A stretch of 64,000 bases of DNA from positions 11,568 through 75,567 of the forward strand of contig CAMJRX010000005.1 in the NCBI GenBank assembly GCA_946408355.1, read 5' to 3'. This DNA is from an uncultured Selenomonadales bacterium. Its GTDB lineage: Bacteria > Bacillota > Negativicutes > Selenomonadales > Selenomonadaceae. Of the stretch, positions 44,247 through 54,178 are shown in pieces. Position 1 is the first letter of the stretch. Each line of letters starts with the position of its first letter. A program made the translations under genes and the position numbers. The notes beneath the pieces were generated by a model. That model did no database searches. It was not told the DNA's origin and was given only the letters and a program-made list of their open reading frames with translations.

Positions 44247-44930
44247 TTAAATTTCCGGATTAAGTTCTGCGCCGTATTCTTGCAAGAAAATTTTCTGATA
44301 GCGGCGATATTTTGGGTCAAGCGGCTTTTCTTTCGGGCAATGTATGCACCAAAAATCTTTTTCTTGATTGGGAATCGCAACTTTATAACCTGCGCGGCTC
44401 ATTTCCTTACAAAGCGAAGTATCGTAAAGGTGCCAGCCGTCAAATAAGTCCTCGCGCCAGTGCAAATCGTATTGAGTCGCCAAAAATAATCCGTCAACCG
44501 ACTCAACAACTTGATAATCGCCGTCAGGCTCGTTGCAATGCGAATCAACGACGCTTTCCGGCTCACAAGCGTGCAAAACTCGCCCGTAAGGTCGCATTCC
44601 GTCCCACCAAACGCCCGTCGACGGCAAATTTACGCAACCAATCATTCCTACGACGCCAATAGACTTATCAGCGAAAATTTTAAGCAAATCGGCGATTAAA
44701 TTCTTATTTACAACGAAAGTATCTTGGTGCAAATAAATTTTATACTTTGCGTTGGACGATTTCATTGCGCGATTATAGCCTGAAGTCATAGATTTTGCGT
44801 CGCGAATATCAATAAATTCTGCAGTCATATTTTCGGGGATTTTTAAATGTTTAAGATACAAAATGCATTCTGAATACCAATAATCGCTATTTACGCAGGT
44901 TATAAACGCAATTTTTTTATCATCAAGCAA
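44247..44930 (-). CDS. Glycosyltransferase-like protein (GT2-related family)
   Basis: KIAFITCVN...GYNRAM..S.AKYKIYLHQD resembles the stand-alone GT-A fold family. Confidence 0.6.
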   Translation of the reverse strand: MLDDKKIAFITCVNSDYWYSECILYLKHLKIPENMTAEFIDIRDAKSMTSGYNRAMKSSNAKYKIYLHQDTFVVNKNLIADLLKIFADKSIGVVGMIGCVNLPSTGVWWDGMRPYGRVLHACEPESVVDSHCNEPDGDYQVVESVDGLFLATQYDLHWREDLFDGWHLYDTSLCKEMSRAGYKVAIPNQEKDFWCIHCPKEKPLDPKYRRYQKIFLQEYGAELNPEI

Positions 44931-45429
44931 AATTTTTTCCCTCCAACTTCAATCGCATAACAAATTCCAATTCAGTTTCGCCTAAAACTTCGCCGACGAC
45001 TTCAAAACCAAGCCGCTCATAAAATTTTTTAGTTTTTGGAATAGATTTTTGAACGGAAAGAGAGACTTGCTTAAAATTTTTATTAGCGAGGCGTGTCAAC
45101 ATGGTTTTAATAAGCGTAGAGCCGATACCTTTTCCGCAAAAATCGGGATAAAGGGCGATAACAAGGGAAGGAGTTTCGTCATCAATATGGCTGAAGTCGT
45201 TCATAATGCGAACCCAGCACGCGCCGACGATTTTCCCTTCGATTTCGACGACAAGACAATCATCAGCGGGTTTTGTTCCGAAATTTTTAGTATAAAGTTG
45301 GAGTTCGGGCAGTTTTAGAATATCCCGCGAATGTTTAACGCCTCCTTCTGGCGCGTGAATTGCCTCGTACAAAAAATTTTCGAGTTCGCCGTATTCTTCT
45401 GGTTTCATTTCGCGAATTTTGAATTTCAC
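44923..45429 (-). CDS. GNAT-family N-acetyltransferase
   Basis: LYPDFCGKGIGSTLI (acetyl-CoA motif A). GTG 45429 lies 8 nt after GGGAGG. Confidence 0.8.
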   Translation of the reverse strand: MKFKIREMKPEEYGELENFLYEAIHAPEGGVKHSRDILKLPELQLYTKNFGTKPADDCLVVEIEGKIVGACWVRIMNDFSHIDDETPSLVIALYPDFCGKGIGSTLIKTMLTRLANKNFKQVSLSVQKSIPKTKKFYERLGFEVVGEVLGETELEFVMRLKLEGKNFA

Positions 45430-45457
45430 TAATAAATTCCTCCCAAAAAATAAAATT

Positions 45458-46594
45458 TTAGCCGCTTTTTTCGCCTTGCTTGCCGACATTTACTAAAATT
45501 CCAATCGCCGCCATAGTTATAATTAACGAGGTGCCGCCGTAACTAATAAACGGCAACGGAACGCCGACAACGGGAATTAAACCGCCGACCATAAGCAAAT
45601 TTGCAATAGCTTGCCCGACGATAAGAATCATAATGCCCATTGAAAGAATTTGCCCGTATTCGTCCTTAGATTTGTTAGCAATGCGTGCGGCGTAGACTGC
45701 AAACGCTGAAAATAATAAAAATACGAAAATCGCGCCCAAAAAACCATTTTCTTGACAAAAAATCGCAAAAGCAAAGTCGGTGTGAGCTTCAGGCAAATAA
45801 TCGTACTTAGAAACGCCAACGCCAAGCCCCATGCCGGTTAATTCGCCGGAACCAATAGCCGAAAGCGATTGAACCGTTTGATAACCGTAATTTTGAGCGT
45901 CAGACCAGGGGTCATAAGTAATTTTGAGGCGTTCAAGTCGATAAGGCTCTTTAAGAATCAACGCGGCTATTGCGGCTAAACCTAAACCGCATACAGTCAA
46001 AACTTCGCGTTTTTCAAGCCCCGAAATTATCAACATTAATATAGGAATGCCCAAAATAATTGACGCGGTGCCCATATCTGGTTCCAATTCGGTTAGGAAA
46101 AATAATAAGCCGATAATAACAGCTTGCACGGATAAAAGTTCGAGTTTTCGCTGTAATTTTAATCTGTTGGCGATATAAGCGGCGGCAATCATGATTGAAA
46201 CGAGTTTAGCGAGTTCAGCGGGTTGAAATTGGACAAAAACTAATGGGAGCCAACGTTTTGCGCCGTTAACAACGGGACCGACGATTAAAACTGCTATTAA
46301 AGCGATAACTGTAAAGCCGAGAACGACGACAATCCACCTGCGCCAAACGTGATAATCGAAATGCAAGCACACGCCGAACGCAATTAGCCCAATGAAGACG
46401 TTTAGAATGTGTCGTTTAAGAAAAAAATACGGCGTATCGAATTCAGCCTCCGCGAAGATAAAACTTGAGCTGAAAACATTAATTGTACCGAGAATTAGCA
46501 ACACGAGCGTTATAGCAATAATAGCCTCCATGTCATTTGTCCAAAATTTTTTCTTTTCGCCTTGATTAAGTTCGCGTTTTTGAACTTTAGCCAT
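45458..46594 (-). CDS. SEDS-family peptidoglycan polymerase (FtsW/RodA)
   Basis: About 10 transmembrane segments. FQPAELAKL, PEAHTDFAFA and PLPFISYGGTS motifs. Confidence 0.88.
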   Translation of the reverse strand: MAKVQKRELNQGEKKKFWTNDMEAIIAITLVLLILGTINVFSSSFIFAEAEFDTPYFFLKRHILNVFIGLIAFGVCLHFDYHVWRRWIVVVLGFTVIALIAVLIVGPVVNGAKRWLPLVFVQFQPAELAKLVSIMIAAAYIANRLKLQRKLELLSVQAVIIGLLFFLTELEPDMGTASIILGIPILMLIISGLEKREVLTVCGLGLAAIAALILKEPYRLERLKITYDPWSDAQNYGYQTVQSLSAIGSGELTGMGLGVGVSKYDYLPEAHTDFAFAIFCQENGFLGAIFVFLLFSAFAVYAARIANKSKDEYGQILSMGIMILIVGQAIANLLMVGGLIPVVGVPLPFISYGGTSLIITMAAIGILVNVGKQGEKSG

Positions 46595-46606
46595 AAAATC
46601 ACCTCC

Positions 46607-48154
46607 TTAAATATTATTTCGGAAAATAATTGGCAAAGTTTTAATGCGTAGCCGATTTTTAATCAGCCAAACAGTCATCAAACGTTCGGAAATAAGACCA
46701 ACGACACGTTTTTTCCTTGAATTATTAATTTCGGCGATATTTGTTTTAGCAATAACTTCCTCCGTAACGTCAACAATAAAAGAAAATAGCCATTCGCAAT
46801 AAGAATCAAAAATTTTATGGCGCGTAATGAACATTTCGTACATAAATTCGGCGTAACTGCTAGAAACGTAGTCAAAAGCGTCGAGATAATCGGGTTGCTT
46901 GCGACTAATATGATCACGGAAAATTTTTTCGACAAAATTATTGAGTTCGTCGCCACAAACGGCAGATTTCAAAGCGTGTTGCGTAAAAGGAAAAAATTTA
47001 CCCTTAACAACAATCACGTCACAGCCGCGCAGAATTTCCCGCGCTTTAGTTTCGGTTAAAATATTTTTGCCGTCGGTGGTAAAAAATCGTCTGTAGTGGC
47101 AAAGCCCAATAATTTCGTGCGAAGTATTTTTCCAAATCCAATAAAGCGCGGTTATTTCGTTCAAATAAAGGTTGAGGCGGCTAATATTATCGCCCGAATC
47201 GTCGCCAAGATAGCCAAAATCTTTTTTAGCGAGCGCGTGCCCTGCGTGAATAATTTCGTAGCCGTCTGGGAGCGTCGGGAGTTTAACTTCTTTGTGTGTT
47301 ACGACGTAAATTTTAAAATCTGCGCGGACAAATTTTTTAATAAGAATCCAGTTGCCGTTGACGGCTTGGAAACGCGAAATTTTTTCAAAAGCATTTTCGT
47401 TAGCGGCTAAAAAACTTTCAATCGCGGAATTTTTCCTCACGAACGCAAAAATTTTCTCTGATAAGGCGTCAGTATCAATCATCGCGTCGATAAATTCAGC
47501 GGGCGAGCGTTCAGCAGTCAATAAAATGGCGTCATAATTTTTAAAACGGCATTCATCGAGGGACGAATAAATATTTTTATAAAGATTTTCGGCGACGGGG
47601 AATTTTTTAGCGAAAAAATTTTTATCTACGGCGTCAGCGTCAATATTGAACACATCATAAAAGAAATCATTCTTAGCGAGGAAATTATCAACGTCAAGCA
47701 GACTAAAAATTTTCTGTTCGCGAAGGAGATTAATTAAGTTTGAATTATTTTTTAGCGAGTAGAAATTATCAGCCGCGTATTTCATCAAAGTTTCCTGCGT
47801 AATAAATCTATCAAACAAACCGAGCTGATAAAGTTCGTTGAAACGGCAAGTAATTTCTTCGTCGGTTTCAAAAACGATATAATCTACTGCATTTTCCATA
47901 ATTTTTTTTAGCGCGGTGCAAGAAATTTCTTTATCGTCCAAAAAAATATGGAAATCAGCATCGTTGAAAGGCAATCTATCCAAATCACTAACACATTTAA
48001 ATATACGAAATTCTCCGCGTTCCGCCGCGCCATTGAAAGCAATTTTTCCTAAAATATTAATGGTTCGTCCATGCGTCGCCGCTAAAAATTTTTTCAAGTC
48101 GCCGCATAAAAGTATTCGTGGAATATACAAATTTATCACCACCTCAGACATCAT
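46607..48154 (-). CDS. DUF4422-type glycosyltransferase-like protein (paralog 1)
   Basis: The C-terminal half, FKIYVVTHK..., LNEITALYWIWKN and HYRRFF, matches the DUF4422 pattern as I recall it. The N-terminal half is shared with its neighbour. Confidence 0.7.
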   Translation of the reverse strand: MMSEVVINLYIPRILLCGDLKKFLAATHGRTINILGKIAFNGAAERGEFRIFKCVSDLDRLPFNDADFHIFLDDKEISCTALKKIMENAVDYIVFETDEEITCRFNELYQLGLFDRFITQETLMKYAADNFYSLKNNSNLINLLREQKIFSLLDVDNFLAKNDFFYDVFNIDADAVDKNFFAKKFPVAENLYKNIYSSLDECRFKNYDAILLTAERSPAEFIDAMIDTDALSEKIFAFVRKNSAIESFLAANENAFEKISRFQAVNGNWILIKKFVRADFKIYVVTHKEVKLPTLPDGYEIIHAGHALAKKDFGYLGDDSGDNISRLNLYLNEITALYWIWKNTSHEIIGLCHYRRFFTTDGKNILTETKAREILRGCDVIVVKGKFFPFTQHALKSAVCGDELNNFVEKIFRDHISRKQPDYLDAFDYVSSSYAEFMYEMFITRHKIFDSYCEWLFSFIVDVTEEVIAKTNIAEINNSRKKRVVGLISERLMTVWLIKNRLRIKTLPIIFRNNI

Positions 48155-49625
48155 TTCGGAAAATAATTGGCAAAGTTTTAATGCGCAAACGGTTTTTAAT
48201 CAGCCAAACTGTCATTAAATGTTCAGCGACAAAGCTAATTGCCCGATAAATGAGCGGGTCGTCGGAATTTGCAATATCAGTTATCGCTAAAATTTCTTCC
48301 GTAGCGTCGATTATAAACGAAAAGAGCCATTCGCAATAGGAATTAAAAATTTCGCGGCGCGTGATAAAAATTTCGTAGCAGAAGACACCAAAACTATTAT
48401 TAACTCTGTCGTAAGCGGCAAGATAATCTGGTTGACGGAGCGCGATATATTTTTTTATCGTATTGATGACGTATTCGGCGAGATTTCTTGTACTTAAAAC
48501 GGCTTTCCAGTCGCGCAGAGGAATATAACCGTATTCGCAACCATTAACAATTATATCAGATTCGCGCAAAATTTTTTTAGCGGCGTCCGTAGAGAGAAAA
48601 TTTTTGCCGTCGGTGGTAAAAAATCGCCTGTAGTGCACGAAACCAATAAAATTATAGTTTGTATTCTTCCAAATCCAATAAAGCGCGGTTATTTCGTTCA
48701 AATAAAGATTGAGTCGACTGATATTATCGCCCAAATCGTCGCCTAAATAGCCAAAATCTTTTTTAGCGAGCGCGTGCCCTGCGTGAATAATTTCGTAGCC
48801 GTCTGGGAGCGTGGAAAGTTTAGCGTCTTTGTGAGTTACGACATAAATTTTAAAATCTGCGCGGACAAATTTTTTTATATGGAGCCAGTTGCCATTAACG
48901 GCAGGAAAGCGCGAAATTTTTTCAAAAGCAAATTCGTTAGCGGCCAAAAAATTTTCAAGCGCGGAATTTTTTCTTACAAACGCCCAAATATTTTCCGTTA
49001 AAGCGTCAGTATCAATTAAAATGTCGATAAATTCAGCGGGCGAGCGTTCATTAGTAAGTAAAAGCGCGTCAAAAAATTTAAAACGGGCGTCATCAAGCGT
49101 AGAATAAGTTTCTTTGTAGAAATGATAATCTACGTCGATAATGCCCGCGATTTTGTGATTCAAATCGGGGAACATGTAATAATCGTTCTTGATAAAATAG
49201 CCGTCAACGTCAAGAATTCGTTGCGCGTGAATTAATTTAAAAATTTGTATGGCATTATTTAGCGAAAAAAAATTATCCGCCGCGTAATTTAACAACGTCG
49301 GAACGGTAATAACTCTATCAATTAATTTTAGCGCGTATAATTCTCTGAAACGGGCAAGATATTCGTCGTGATTTTCAAAAACAATATAGTCAGCGGAATT
49401 TTCCAGCAGTCCGCGCAGATTTTCGATAGAAATTTCCACACCGTTGATAAAAATTTTAAAATCCTCCGCGTTGAGTTTAAAATTATTTGCTACTGCCGCA
49501 TTATTTGGTACGATAAATTCTCCACGTTCCGCCGCGCCTTTAAATTTTATCAAGCCAACGATTTTAACATTTAAGTTTAGAAAATTTTTCACGTTGCCGC
49601 ATAAAAATATTCGCGGGATATACAA
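48144..49625 (-). CDS. DUF4422-type glycosyltransferase-like protein (paralog 2)
   Basis: Homologous to 46607-48154 over its full length. Several stretches are near-identical at the nucleotide level. Confidence 0.7.
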   Translation of the reverse strand: MYIPRIFLCGNVKNFLNLNVKIVGLIKFKGAAERGEFIVPNNAAVANNFKLNAEDFKIFINGVEISIENLRGLLENSADYIVFENHDEYLARFRELYALKLIDRVITVPTLLNYAADNFFSLNNAIQIFKLIHAQRILDVDGYFIKNDYYMFPDLNHKIAGIIDVDYHFYKETYSTLDDARFKFFDALLLTNERSPAEFIDILIDTDALTENIWAFVRKNSALENFLAANEFAFEKISRFPAVNGNWLHIKKFVRADFKIYVVTHKDAKLSTLPDGYEIIHAGHALAKKDFGYLGDDLGDNISRLNLYLNEITALYWIWKNTNYNFIGFVHYRRFFTTDGKNFLSTDAAKKILRESDIIVNGCEYGYIPLRDWKAVLSTRNLAEYVINTIKKYIALRQPDYLAAYDRVNNSFGVFCYEIFITRREIFNSYCEWLFSFIIDATEEILAITDIANSDDPLIYRAISFVAEHLMTVWLIKNRLRIKTLPIIFRNDV

Positions 49626-49635
49626 ATTTTTCGCC

Positions 49636-52600
49636 TCACTTCAAGTATTTATTCAACGTCTCAAGTAATTTCGGAATATCAAGCGGCTTTGCAAGGTGAT
49701 CATTCATGCCGCATTTAAGCGCGTTTTCTTTATCTTCCTCGAAAGCGTTTGCCGTCATCGCGACAATCGGAACGGTATGTGCGTCCATGCGATTTAGGGC
49801 GCGGATATTTTTTGTTGCGTCGTAGCCGTTCATAACCGGCATTTGCACATCCATTAAAATTATATCGTAGTGATTCGGCGGCGAATCATTGAACATTTTA
49901 ACCGCGTCGGAGCCGTCGCTCGCGTCCTCAACGTCAAGTCCAATCTCTGTCAAAATCGCCTTTGCAATTTCGCGATTAACTTCAATATCCTCAACCAATA
50001 AAACGCGCTTGCCGTTAAAATTCGTTGATGATAAATCGTCGTGTTGATTATTTTCCTCGCGACCGCTTATCGCTCGTGAAAGTGCGTTTTTCAAGTCCGA
50101 CATGAACAGCGGCTTAGTACAAAAAGTCGTAACGCCAGCCGCTTTAGCTTCCTGCTCAATATCGGAGTAATCATAAGCCGTCAAAATAATTACCGGCGCA
50201 GTATGTCCAACGACGCGGCGAATTTGGCGTACAGTTTCAATACCGTTTTGGTCAGGCATAAGCCAATCGACGATATACGCGCTGAATGGGTCGTCGTCGA
50301 GTGCACGCCCTGCGCGAAAAACAGCCTCACGCGGCGAAGTCGTCCACTCTGAACGCATGCCCATTTGCTTAAGCATAGTTGTAACGGATTCGCAAGTATT
50401 AAAGTCGTCGTCGACAATCAAAGCGCGTAAATTTTTCAGCTCTTGAATCGGAATTTGTTTAACTTTCTGCTGGAGTTTCAAATCCAAAGTTACGGTGAAC
50501 TCACTGCCTTTATCTTTCTCGCTTTCAACGGAAATATCGCCGCCCATAAGCTCAACCATTTTTTTAGTTATCGACATGCCCAGCCCCGTGCCTTGAATAC
50601 CGCTTTTAGTCGACGTTTCCTCGCGTTCAAAGGCGTCAAACACGTGCTTTAAAAATTCTTTGCTCATGCCCAGCCCGTTATCTTTAATTCGGAACTCGTA
50701 TTTAGCACAGCCGGGAATTTGTGATTCGTATTGGGAAATGCGGAAGAAAATCGAGCCTGTCGACGGCGTATATTTAACGGCATTGCTCAAAATATTTATC
50801 AACACCTGATTAATCTTGAGTTGGTCGGCGAAAACGTCCTCATTTTTAACTTTAAATGCGTCAATGTGAAATTTTTGTTGCTTAGCGGTGACTTGCGGCT
50901 GAATAATATGTATCAAGTTGTGGATAAGGTCGGAAAGGTTGCATTCTTGTTCGGCGACTTCAACGCGCCCGCTCTCAATGCGGCTCATGTCGAGAATATC
51001 ATTAATCAAGCCGAGCAAATGATTACTTGACGACAAAACTTTTTCCAACGAGTCCTTAACTTGCGTGCGATTTTCAAAGTGGCGCAGAGCCATTGACGTA
51101 AAACCGATAATGGCGTTCATGGGCGTGCGTATGTCGTGGCTCATATTGGAAAGGAAAGTAGTTTTAGAGGCGTTAGCGTGTTGAGCTTGGGCAAGAGCCT
51201 CCGCCAATTCCTGATTCCGAGCTAAAGTTTCTCGCGTCTCCTCGTCAACGTTAGCAAAGCCAATGCAAACTTCTTTAAGCCCCTCGTCAATACGCGCAAT
51301 GCGCAACATCATAAAATGTTCCTCGCTAAATCTAAACATAACGTAGCGATGCGAAATAATTTCCTCGTTGGCAAGGCGGGCACGAATATTTTCCGGCTTG
51401 ATAAAGTTCAAAAGTTCCTCGCGGTCATTTGGCGCAACGTATTCGCGCACATAATTTTTCATTGCCGCTTGGAATTTCACAACGTCACCTTGCTTGCGAT
51501 TTAACAGAGCAGTTATTTCCGGCTCAACGCGATAACAAACTGCCTCGTCCAAATCCAAATTCAAATGATAGACAAGCCGATAATCTACCGTCAACGCCTG
51601 AATCATTCCGCTTTGACGCAACCGCCGCCGTTCCTCGTCAAGTAATTGCGTCTGCAAACGGAGTTTTTCTTCCATAGTTTCCTGTTTGATTCGGCTTTCG
51701 GTTTCGGCTAAATTTTTCTGGTGCAGGAGCTGTGTATTTTTGCGCGTCTGTGAAATTATCAGCGCGAACAATATGAGCAATGCCGCAACGGTTAAAAATG
51801 TTTGCAACGTTGAGCGGTCGCGAATTCTCGTTGTTACGGTTGAAATTTCTTCCTGCAATTTTTCTTCGCGAATCAGATACGACAGCATCCAGCTCGTCCC
51901 CTTAACCGGCTGATAAAATAAAGATTCTTTGTCGCCGTGATAATTAAACGAAACTAAACCTTGCCGCAAATTTCTAAAATCGTTAATGACTTGCTCCTTA
52001 GAAGAGCCGACATCGAAAGTTGCATTGTTGAGCGCGGTAAAAAGATTCGTTCCGCTGTTTTTATCGGCAAGCACCCAATTAGTCAGCGTTTCGCCGTTGG
52101 TTTTATACAGATTAAAAAAAGTCCTCTCAACGGGCGTCGTCTCAATTAAAATTCCGTCCAGCAAAGTTACAACGCCAACCTGCGCAAAACAACTTTTAAT
52201 CGGCACGCCCTGAAAAGTCACGCCCTCGACAGGCACGATAATTGAAACGATTTCCTCGCCGGTAAAAATTTTCGACTCGCTAATATTTTCCTTAGCAAAA
52301 GAATATTTTTCTGCGTCGACGACACCATCGGGCGTAAAAATTGTTCCGTTAACATTGACAAAAGCAATTTGGTCGACATTGTTGGCTAACTTAACTTTAC
52401 CGAGAAATTCGCTTAAAGCCTCGACGCTTTGCAAATCTGTAGCAACCAAAAGCCTGGGCGCGGAATTTATTTTATCGACGGTTCGTCTAAGCCAAGCTTG
52501 AATGACTTGTTCGCGGCGGTCAGTCAGCTCGCGCAGATAAATTTCGCTCACGGAATGAACGGTTGCTTTCGTGTCGCTCTGCGTGCGTTGATTTATCCAT

Positions 52601-52704
52601 AGCGTCGACAAAGTTAACAGCACGGCAATTATCGCGCCACCGACAATCGCCAACGAAATTGTTCGTCTACCTTTTTTATCTGCCGTTGAATTTTTTTCTT
52701 CCAT
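49636..52704 (-). CDS. Hybrid sensor histidine kinase with two receiver domains
   Basis: N-terminal transmembrane segment, periplasmic region, second transmembrane segment. H-box SHDIRTPMNAIIG. HATPase (GTGLGMSI). Two REC domains (DWLMPDQNG; LMDVQMPVMNG). Confidence 0.9.
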   Translation of the reverse strand: MEEKNSTADKKGRRTISLAIVGGAIIAVLLTLSTLWINQRTQSDTKATVHSVSEIYLRELTDRREQVIQAWLRRTVDKINSAPRLLVATDLQSVEALSEFLGKVKLANNVDQIAFVNVNGTIFTPDGVVDAEKYSFAKENISESKIFTGEEIVSIIVPVEGVTFQGVPIKSCFAQVGVVTLLDGILIETTPVERTFFNLYKTNGETLTNWVLADKNSGTNLFTALNNATFDVGSSKEQVINDFRNLRQGLVSFNYHGDKESLFYQPVKGTSWMLSYLIREEKLQEEISTVTTRIRDRSTLQTFLTVAALLILFALIISQTRKNTQLLHQKNLAETESRIKQETMEEKLRLQTQLLDEERRRLRQSGMIQALTVDYRLVYHLNLDLDEAVCYRVEPEITALLNRKQGDVVKFQAAMKNYVREYVAPNDREELLNFIKPENIRARLANEEIISHRYVMFRFSEEHFMMLRIARIDEGLKEVCIGFANVDEETRETLARNQELAEALAQAQHANASKTTFLSNMSHDIRTPMNAIIGFTSMALRHFENRTQVKDSLEKVLSSSNHLLGLINDILDMSRIESGRVEVAEQECNLSDLIHNLIHIIQPQVTAKQQKFHIDAFKVKNEDVFADQLKINQVLINILSNAVKYTPSTGSIFFRISQYESQIPGCAKYEFRIKDNGLGMSKEFLKHVFDAFEREETSTKSGIQGTGLGMSITKKMVELMGGDISVESEKDKGSEFTVTLDLKLQQKVKQIPIQELKNLRALIVDDDFNTCESVTTMLKQMGMRSEWTTSPREAVFRAGRALDDDPFSAYIVDWLMPDQNGIETVRQIRRVVGHTAPVIILTAYDYSDIEQEAKAAGVTTFCTKPLFMSDLKNALSRAISGREENNQHDDLSSTNFNGKRVLLVEDIEVNREIAKAILTEIGLDVEDASDGSDAVKMFNDSPPNHYDIILMDVQMPVMNGYDATKNIRALNRMDAHTVPIVAMTANAFEEDKENALKCGMNDHLAKPLDIPKLLETLNKYLK

Positions 52705-52850
52705 GTTAGAACCTCACGCTTTTTGCTAATTAAATCCCTGCGCAGATTTTATTAGAATTGATAGAAGATAGCAAGCGTTATTTTGAACGTCGATACTGGT
52801 GCCTTGAATAGTTGAAAATTTCCACAAGTTAATCTGCTTATAGTTTTTTA

Positions 52851-52879
52851 TTGCACGCAGAAAATTTCTGTGCTAAAAT
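52851..52879 (+). promoter_or_regulatory. Promoter with an extended -10
   Basis: TTGCAC, a 17-nt spacer, TAAAAT, preceded by TGC. The same layout occurs at 55191-55219. Confidence 0.5.
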
Positions 52880-52910
52880 CTGCGCGAAAAAATTTAATGG
52901 AGGTTTGCTT

Positions 52911-54107
52911 ATGGACGATAAGCTTTTTGTTAAACTTCGCGATTGTTTCACAGCAGGTTACACACTCCCGCAATATTGCATTGACAATGAGATAAAGAAA
53001 CCACTTTTTGTTTCCGAGAAAAAATTTTTAAATTTTGTTTGGGAAATTTATGCACAATTCCGCTACGATAAAAGAATGTTAGCTCAATTCAGTTTCTTGG
53101 ATATGCCGTCCGGAGAAATAAATCTTTCAATATACGGTACACTTACAAGTTTAATTTTCTATAATATTTCTGAGGTAAATGTAAATAATTTCGACAAAAT
53201 TTTTTTATTGACGAGCGAAAAATTAACATCACATATGGAAAAATCTATTTATCTTAGTGAATTAACGGATAGTTTTGCGCGTAAAATCTACGCTGAAATT
53301 CCTTTAATCCATTTTTTACAACGCAATCCTAAAGTTAAATTATTTATGACAAAACTTCCAAACCATATCGAAAAATATGAGGGCGGCAACGAATTTGGCA
53401 ATACTCTTATTGCAACACACCTGCTTAGCAAAAAAATTATAAAAAACGTTGGTAAACCTCTCGAAACTCCTTTAGACAAATTTGGTTACACGAATCAAGA
53501 GGTTAATAAAATGATACATGTAGCAATAAACGGAATAAAAACCGATGCCAACGGCTTAACGACAATGAATGATTGTAGCGATTCTTTGATACAAATTAAA
53601 AACGGCAAACGAGTAACCGCTTATCAGCCTGAAAAATTTTTGAACAAAATTTATTTCGTCGGACCATGTTATTATATGGGTTCCTATGCGCCCTTTCACA
53701 AAACAATCGAAAGCTACTTGCAAAAAATGCTGAACGAAAGCAATTTGCCTTACCGCGTAGAAAATGAAGCTCAAACTTATTGGGGACGTTATCAGGATAT
53801 GCTTTATAATCTCAATGCACTTCAACTTCAACCCAATGACATTATTTTTATTTACGTTGATAATTTATCTGTGGACGTTCTGCCGCTTTTTGATTTAAGT
53901 GCTGCTTTTGATTCGCCAAATGACTACAGGGAAATTTTTGTCGACAGATCGCATATAAATGAAATCGGCTATAAAATTTTAGCGGAAAAATATTTTAAGT
54001 TTCTTACGGAGAATAATTTTTTCCGCAAGGTAGAATTTAATTATCCAATACCCCCCCCATTTATCATAGATATGGTATACCTCCTTGGGTCGAGCAGGGC
54101 GGCGTAA
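52911..54107 (+). CDS. Hypothetical protein; probable N-terminal part of a gene split at a poly-C tract
   Basis: ATG 52911 follows GGAGG. The reading frame ends 49 nt after the C8 tract (54051-54058). The +1 frame continues openly into the next ORF. Confidence 0.6.
   Translation: MDDKLFVKLRDCFTAGYTLPQYCIDNEIKKPLFVSEKKFLNFVWEIYAQFRYDKRMLAQFSFLDMPSGEINLSIYGTLTSLIFYNISEVNVNNFDKIFLLTSEKLTSHMEKSIYLSELTDSFARKIYAEIPLIHFLQRNPKVKLFMTKLPNHIEKYEGGNEFGNTLIATHLLSKKIIKNVGKPLETPLDKFGYTNQEVNKMIHVAINGIKTDANGLTTMNDCSDSLIQIKNGKRVTAYQPEKFLNKIYFVGPCYYMGSYAPFHKTIESYLQKMLNESNLPYRVENEAQTYWGRYQDMLYNLNALQLQPNDIIFIYVDNLSVDVLPLFDLSAAFDSPNDYREIFVDRSHINEIGYKILAEKYFKFLTENNFFRKVEFNYPIPPPFIIDMVYLLGSSRAA
54051..54058 (+). 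repeat. Homopolymeric C8 tract at the junction of two overlapping open frames
   Basis: A run of cccccccc. Frame 0 stops at 54105-54107. Frame 2 is open from 54041 through 55150. Confidence 0.9.
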
Positions 54108-54178
54108 ATACTCCAGTCAACGAAGAGCTGGAAACTTACAAACGAACTTTACGCCCGAAAAAACTTCCTGTCGGCGCG

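Noticed and set aside
26473-45457. Calling the accessory stretch a mobile element or prophage
   Set aside because: I saw no integrase, transposase, tRNA target or phage structural genes. Only weak candidate boundary repeats are present, so no mobile_element feature is claimed.
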